IMG/VR virus record: IMGVR_UViG_3300007516_004473
Origin: a virus
DNA: 19,580 nt
Reading direction: 5' to 3' (one strand)
Part shown: positions 17,717 to 19,580 of the stretch, piece after piece
How the letters are laid out: each line of letters begins with the position of its first letter
Position numbering within the stretch: position 1 is the first letter of the stretch
Translations under genes and position numbers: made by a program
The notes under the pieces: generated by a model
What the model was told of the DNA's origin: nothing
The model's input: only the letters and a program-made list of their open reading frames with translations
The model's database searches: none

Positions 17717-18721
17717 TTACCTTGCAGATTCTGCTGCAATTAAACAACCACGAGCCACACTAAAAAGTGGGTCTTCTGGTCTTATAACTTCACCAATTTT
17801 TATAGAAAGATTTGCTTGTGTAATTACTTCTCTAAAAAGTTTATCAAAACCTGGAGGTGATGATGTTCCTCCAGCTATGACAATATCTACTGGTGTGTCA
17901 CTATTCACTGCTTTATTTGTCGTAGATAAGCCTTTTTTTATTTCATTGATTGTGTGTTCAATCATAATTCTGTATTGCGTTTGTATTGCACGTTCAATCA
18001 TATTTGTGGGTTCTTTTCCAAGGTCTACCTTTGTTTTTTCTTTATTTATGAATGTTGTGGTTGTACTTGTAGCTTTTGCAGCTTGTTTGTCAATCCAATC
18101 TCCACTATTTACTATAGCAAACTTGAAAAGTGGGTTGCCATACATCGAGTAGCATAAGTTCACCATGCCAGCGCCAAACGATATTCCAATCCCAGTATAA
18201 GCCTTTTTGCCTAGTTCTGCATACACAAGGGCAAGTGCTTCGTTAATTGGGTGTGCATTGACTTTGTGACCACTTTCTGATTGATATGCTTTAAAAATAG
18301 CTTCTAAAACCTTGGTATGATAGTCTGCATCTGTTTCTTCGTTTATTGCATTTGCAGGAACACAGTAGTAAAGAGTTTCATTGTCTTGTTTTATTCCGTC
18401 TAAAAGACTGTGTATCATAATGTTGAGTAGTTGAAATGCGTCTTTCTCTTTTGGATTAACGCATCCTCCAGACATTGGTCGTTTTAATTCCATCTGACTA
18501 ATTGTATACGCCATATTAACGGCAGCTTCACCAAGAGCATATGCCACATCATCTCTCTCAATCAGCGGAACTCCTGCGTTTTTCATCATTTCGAAAACAA
18601 ATCTATTTTCTAGTGGAAGTTCAATAAATGCATTTATTTCTCTTTTATTTACAAAATTTCCTTTGTCGTCACGACGACAGCAAACCAAGTTATATGTTCC
18701 TACATCAAATCCGCATGCCAT
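17717..18721 (-). CDS. Actin/Hsp70-superfamily ATPase (ParM/actin-like protein)
   Basis: 334 aa; phosphate-1-like FDVGTYNLVCCRR, connector-like NEALALVYAEL, phosphate-2-like IGISFGAGMVNLCY, adenosine motif VDIVIAGGTSSPPGF; RBS AAAGGAG. Confidence 0.7.
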   Translation of the reverse strand: MACGFDVGTYNLVCCRRDDKGNFVNKREINAFIELPLENRFVFEMMKNAGVPLIERDDVAYALGEAAVNMAYTISQMELKRPMSGGCVNPKEKDAFQLLNIMIHSLLDGIKQDNETLYYCVPANAINEETDADYHTKVLEAIFKAYQSESGHKVNAHPINEALALVYAELGKKAYTGIGISFGAGMVNLCYSMYGNPLFKFAIVNSGDWIDKQAAKATSTTTTFINKEKTKVDLGKEPTNMIERAIQTQYRIMIEHTINEIKKGLSTTNKAVNSDTPVDIVIAGGTSSPPGFDKLFREVITQANLSIKIGEVIRPEDPLFSVARGCLIAAESAR

Positions 18722-18817
18722 GATTAACTCCTTTGGGTTTTATACCTGTAATATTAGTCCATCTAGTTTCATTTGATATTCTTGTAATTACTATTATTGA
18801 AACTCTATGTTTTTTTG

Positions 18818-18931
18818 CTATCTCTTTATGAGTTCGCATTTATTATTGTTTTTCTGCAAATGTTTATTGTTTATTAATGTCTTCAAGTGATATTTCCATC
18901 TTAAATTTTCAATGCCATATACTTCAATCAT
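18818..18931 (-). CDS. Possible small ORF (37 aa)
   Basis: MIEVYGIENLRWKYHLKTLINNKHLQKNNNKCELIKR* with AAAGGA upstream; below the ORF-track cutoff. Confidence 0.25.
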   Translation of the reverse strand: MIEVYGIENLRWKYHLKTLINNKHLQKNNNKCELIKR

Positions 18932-18944
18932 TTTTTTCCTTTAT

Positions 18945-19169
18945 TTAAGCTTTCTTCCCAAAGTTTATCTTAGGAATAGTTTCAAAGTCTGGAATTTCCC
19001 ATATGGTAGAAGCCTTATCTGTTTCTTTTTGTGTTACAACAGCTTCTTGTTGATTGGCTAACGATCCAACCGAGTTCAAGTTTATATTTAATTCTATGTT
19101 GATAGAAAGCTTACATTCTCCATCTTTTGTAATAACCTTTATATCACTAGCTTTTATTAATTGTGCCAA
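18945..19169 (-). CDS. Hypothetical protein
   Basis: 74 aa ORF collinear with flanking minus-strand genes. Confidence 0.5.
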   Translation of the reverse strand: MAQLIKASDIKVITKDGECKLSINIELNINLNSVGSLANQQEAVVTQKETDKASTIWEIPDFETIPKINFGKKA

Positions 19170-19194
19170 GGTAACCTCTTGTATTTAATATAGT

Positions 19195-19458
19195 TTATGG
19201 TTGAAAAGATTTAGATGGCCATTTCTTTAACATTTCCTCTATTCCCAAATTAATTTCTGATTCTGTTATCTCTGTTAAGCAAGGTTTTAGCTGGTTTTTT
19301 GATTTTTGACAACTACTGTGCTAAAAGCATGAGCCGCAATTCCAATTTCCGTTGTCCCGATGTTTTTGTACAAGCACAAAATCATAATGTTTTCCGTATA
19401 TTTTGCCATCGGCAAATGTGAATATTCCACATAATGGTTTTCCGAGACCACCAGCAAG
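19195..19458 (-). pseudogene. 3' portion of a gene truncated by an IS-like end, with an in-frame TAG at 19321-19323
   Basis: Frame reads LAGGLGKPLCGIFTFADGKIYGKHYDFVLVQKHRDNGNWNCGSCF*HSSCQKSKNQLKPCLTEITESEINLGIEEMLKKWPSKSFQP*; begins next to the TAGTTGAC end. Confidence 0.4.
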
Positions 19459-19466
19459 GTCAACTA

Positions 19467-19489
19467 CCCCACCGCTAAAGACGGAGGGG
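19467..19489 (-). ncRNA. Probable 3'-terminal hairpin of a TnpB omega (reRNA) RNA
   Basis: CCCCTCCG-TCTTTAG-CGGTGGGG, an 8-bp stem with one mismatch, immediately before the element end. Confidence 0.55.
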
Positions 19490-19504
19490 CTTGTCATTCC
19501 AAGT

Positions 19505-19580
19505 CTAAGCAGTTTTACTACTTAGCGGACGACAATAGGCTGATTGATGCAGCCCTTTAAATCTTATATTTTTTGCAGCA
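19505..19580 (-). CDS. tnpB: C-terminal end of a TnpB-like RNA-guided nuclease, continues beyond window
   Basis: Partial frame (N)AAKNIRFKGLHQSAYCRPLSSKTA*; NAAKNI is the motif following the RuvC-III Asp (DxNAAxNI) in TnpB. Confidence 0.65.
   Translation of the reverse strand, partial: AAKNIRFKGLHQSAYCRPLSSKTA

Larger units (their letters stand above)
19459..19580 (-). mobile_element. Right end of an IS200/IS605-family (IS1341-like, TnpB-bearing) element, truncated by window edge
   Basis: Minus strand: TnpB-like C-terminus, then ...GACAAGCCCCTCCGTCTTTAGCGGTGGGGTAGTTGAC, a hairpin and end sequence typical of TnpB element right ends. Confidence 0.7.

Noticed and set aside
17877-18157. Plus-strand ORFs antisense to the actin-like gene
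   Set aside because: Hydrophobic antisense frames, common opposite AT-rich genes; no RBS support.
19195-19458. Whole genome using TAG as a sense codon
   Set aside because: TAG ends terminase (8699), 9647..9967 and the trypsin-like gene (11809) at plausible C-termini, so a global recoding is not supported.

Overview
AT-rich window with dense genes on both strands. It most likely comes from a large tailed-phage genome; lineage and host cannot be assigned from sequence alone. The best anchor is a T4-type large terminase (6882-8699). Other recognisable genes are a Toprim primase-like protein (12606-13652), a divergent RecB/Cas4-like PD-(D/E)XK nuclease with a C-terminal Cys cluster (11806-12579), a ferritin-like protein (6199-6669) and an actin/Hsp70-fold ATPase (17717-18721). 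Three probable peptidases of different catalytic classes are present: papain/C39-like, HExxH metallopeptidase and trypsin-like. The cysteine- and serine-type ones share a nearly identical C-terminal tail (KIRIIDM...Y-ILLPN) that includes a 22-nt perfect DNA match. A membrane cassette (14053-15801) pairs a MotA/TolQ/ExbB-like channel subunit with a MotB/ExbD-like single-pass protein bearing an unusual extracytoplasmic domain, plus a third membrane protein. Other oddities are a protein ending in an 86-residue, almost pure poly-aspartate tract, a protein with DSADKG and DPTP minisatellites, and a two-copy internal-repeat protein. At the right edge, the C-terminal codons of a TnpB-like protein, a CTTTAG-loop hairpin and TAGTTGAC end look like the right end of an IS200/IS605-family (IS1341-like) element. 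It sits against the 3' part of another gene that also has an in-frame amber codon. All family calls are motif-based, with no database search run.
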